A program made the translations under genes and the position numbers. Below the pieces are notes generated by a model. The model was not told where the DNA came from, made no database searches, and saw nothing but the letters and a program-made list of their open reading frames with translations. 21,807 nt of DNA from positions 405,518-427,324 of the forward strand of contig NC_057759.1 of NCBI RefSeq assembly GCF_004010195.1. The letters are read 5' to 3'. Positions 19,810 to 21,807 of the stretch are shown here, in pieces. This stretch comes from Chiloscyllium plagiosum. Taxonomy: Eukaryota. The first letter of the stretch is position 1, and the number at the start of each line of letters is the position of its first letter.

Positions 19810-20097
19810 CTGGCACTGTGTGGTCGGAATTACTGGTCACATTAAGTATTGTTGCACTGGGACCCCTGTTGATCACAACAGACTGGTATTGGCCTTGGTG
19901 TTGGGACTGGAAAAATTCAGTGGCCAGTTCTGTCCTGTCTGAGCTAGAGTTGTAATTCCCGCTAGCATTGTTTAAGGCTTTCTGTTGAAAGTAGGGTCCA
20001 GTACCTCCGCTCATTACACACTCTGGAATGAGACAACTCCCAATCAGAACCTCCGTTTTAGTGGCTCTGGGGGCGAGGAAAATCCCAGTAACAGGAA
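19810..20097 (-). pseudogene. Ig-like (FCRL-type C2) domain exon
   Basis: Acceptor tctttgtcttattttgttccAG and donor CAG|GTAGT; 288 bp, phase 1-1, open frame VPVTGIFL..EVLIGSCLIPECVMSGGTGPYF..TELATEFFQSQHQGQYQSVVIN. Matches FCRL PVSG..L.C.V..GTGP..F and GxYxC; second Cys and core Trp are lost. Confidence 0.8.
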
Positions 20098-20338
20098 CTG
20101 GAACAAAATAAGACAAAGAGGAAATAAAAGATTGGATGTTGAAATTGTCTCTGTTTTTCATGGATGTTATCATCGATGACATGATGATAATTGATGGAAA
20201 GGAGACATAAAACAAGCGAGATTTCACATCATTACAAAGTCTCCCTGTGTTGTACAATCTCCACTTTGAAAGATTTGTGTAAACTATGGATGACCAAATG
20301 GTACCTCATCCAACCATTGCCTCTTGATGTTCAATGGT

Positions 20339-20570
20339 GTTACCATCACTGTCCCCACCCCGCTGCACAATCAACATCCTTGTGGGTTACTGTTACTGTT
20401 TGCACCCCAGCCTACTATCAACATACTGGGGGTTATCGTCACTGTCCCCACCCCACTGCACTATCAAAATCCTAAGGGTTACTGTCACTGTTCCCACTCC
20501 CACCCCACTATCAATGTCCTGGGGGTTACCATCACTGTGGCCAACCCCACCCTAGTATGAACATCTTTGG
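20339..20570 (+). repeat. Minisatellite, 5 x 46-47 bp, derived from LINE RT sequence
   Basis: Units start at 20339, 20386, 20432, 20478 and 20525: GTTACYRTCACTGT..CCC..ACTATCAACATCCTGGGG. Confidence 0.9.
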
Positions 20571-20742
20571 TATTAACTTCAGCCTCCTTCAGCTTGTATT
20601 GTCTCAGCTTCGACCTTTCTCTGATGGATTGTTTCACAAGGAATTGTAAACTCAGATCTACAGCACAGAAACGGGACCTTCAGCTGACTGAATCCATGTC
20701 AGTCAAAAGTAGCCAACTCTATTCTCTAGTATCATTTTCCCA

Positions 20743-20945
20743 GTCATAGGGTCACACAGCATGGAAATAGGCCTGTCGGCCCAGCGCGTCCATGCTGACC
20801 TGGTCTCACTCGCGAAACTAGTCCCATTTGTTTACGTTTGGCCCATATCCATTGAAACCTTTCCTATCCATGTATCTTTCCAAATCTCTTTTAGAGGTTG
20901 TTTTTATACCCACTTCCTCTGGCAGCTCATTCCAAATATAAGGCA
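20743..20945 (-). mobile_element. HER1-like LINE 3' tail
   Basis: GTCATAGGGTCACACAGCATGGAAATAGGCCTGTCGGCCC...CACTTCCTCTGGCAGCTCATTCCA. Confidence 0.85.
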
Positions 20946-20952
20946 CTTGTAG

Positions 20953-21251
20953 GACCATATTTGGAACATTGTAAGCTGTTTTGGGCCCCCTATCTCAGAA
21001 AGGATGTGCTGAACTTGGAAGGGGTCCAGATGGCGTTTACAAGAAAGATCCCAGGGATGAAGAACGTGTGATATGAGACAACATTGAGGACTCTGGTTCT
21101 TAATTAGAAGTGTGAGGGAGAAACTGATTGAAAGTTACAGAATATTGAGAGGCATGGATAGAGTGGACATGGAGAAGATGTTTCTATGAGTAGGAGAGAT
21201 GAGGACCCAAAAGCACAGCTTCAGAGTGAAGGGATGTCCCTTTAGAACTGA
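20953..21251 (+). mobile_element. CR1 LINE fragment
   Basis: PYLEHC..APYLRKDVL; YRILRGMDRVDMEKMF; KHSFRVKGCPFRT. Confidence 0.85.
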
Positions 21252-21254
21252 CAT

Positions 21255-21807
21255 ACTGTTGGGCTGGTGGGGGGAGGCGGAAAAGGGGGGAGAGGTAACA
21301 AACGACTTACCAGGGATAAGCAATGGGGCACAGGTCTCTGGCATAGAGTATGTCCGTGTTGCTCAGAAAGGAAGGGGGAAGAGAAGCAGAGCATTAGTCA
21401 TTGGGGACTCCATAGTTAAGGGGACAGACAGGAGGTTTGTGGAAATGAGAGACTTATGGTTGGTGTGTTGCTTCCCAGGTGCCAGGTTCATGATGTCTCT
21501 GATCGTGTTTTCAGGATCCTTGGTTGTAGTTCGCATATAGATGAGGTTGCGATTATGTAGGTCCAAACTAAGGTTTCCGGGTCAGAAGAGCGTTCCAGTC
21601 AGGAAGTAGTTGGTTTGAAGTGTGTCTAATTCAATACAATGAGCATCCGGAATAAGGTAGGTGAACTTGCAGCATAGGTTGGTACCTGGGATTTTGATGT
21701 TCTGGCCATTTCAGAGACCTGGGTGGAGCAGAGACACAAATGGTTGTTGCAGGTTCCACCATTTAGATGTTTCGGGAAGAACAGAGACAATGGTAATAAA
21801 GAGGTGC
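21255..21807 (+). mobile_element. CR1 LINE: ORF1 SGNH/GDSL esterase fragment joined to ORF2 APE endonuclease start; runs off the window
   Basis: RALVIGDSIVKGTDRRF..VCCFPGAR, then LKCV*FNTMSIRNKVGELAA*VGTWDFDVLAISETW..FRCFGKNR. Confidence 0.9.

Larger units (their letters stand above)
6630..20097 (-). pseudogene. Fc-receptor-like Ig-superfamily type I receptor, 3' half, probably pseudogenised
   Basis: Ordered minus-strand exons with splice signals: Ig domain, TM, then several small cytoplasmic exons with YxxI/V-type motifs. The 3' extent is uncertain. Confidence 0.7.

Noticed and set aside
20339..20570. CRISPR-like array
   Set aside because: Whole units are homologous with no unique spacers; vertebrate context; no cas genes.
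5540..21251. Segmental duplication suggested by shared variants between CR1 copies at ~5540-5750 and ~20953-21150
   Set aside because: The copy at 9329-10212 shares some of the same variants (GTGCTGAAC) and the flanks are unrelated, so a subfamily explains it.
5226..21807. Most short ORFs in the six-frame track
   Set aside because: They are sense or antisense readings of decayed LINE and SINE copies, not genes.

Overview
Repeat-dense vertebrate DNA, very likely from a shark or ray, judged by HE1-type SINEs and HER1/CR1 LINEs. (1) 1-5062 (+) is the 3' part of a decayed class I (gamma/epsilon-like) endogenous retrovirus: gag CA end and NC knuckle, amber gag-pol junction, RT connection/RNase H, integrase C-terminus, a disrupted gamma-type env, a PPT and a ~660-bp 3' LTR. 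Protease, RT core and integrase core are missing. (2) The minus strand from ~20.1 kb to ~6.6 kb carries a spliced Fc-receptor-like Ig-superfamily receptor gene, probably a pseudogene, which the ORF track largely misses. It has one Ig exon, a frameshifted TM exon and a chain of small cytoplasmic exons, most carrying one tyrosine motif. (3) Penelope-like pieces with hammerhead-ribozyme cores occur, including a 125-bp TSD-flanked unit inside the ERV and a TSD-flanked chimera enclosing an old Gypsy pol fragment. (4) The rest is CR1-clade LINE fragments, SINEs and a LINE-derived minisatellite. No intact protein-coding gene is visible. Family assignments come from motif recognition, not database searches, and repeat boundaries are approximate.
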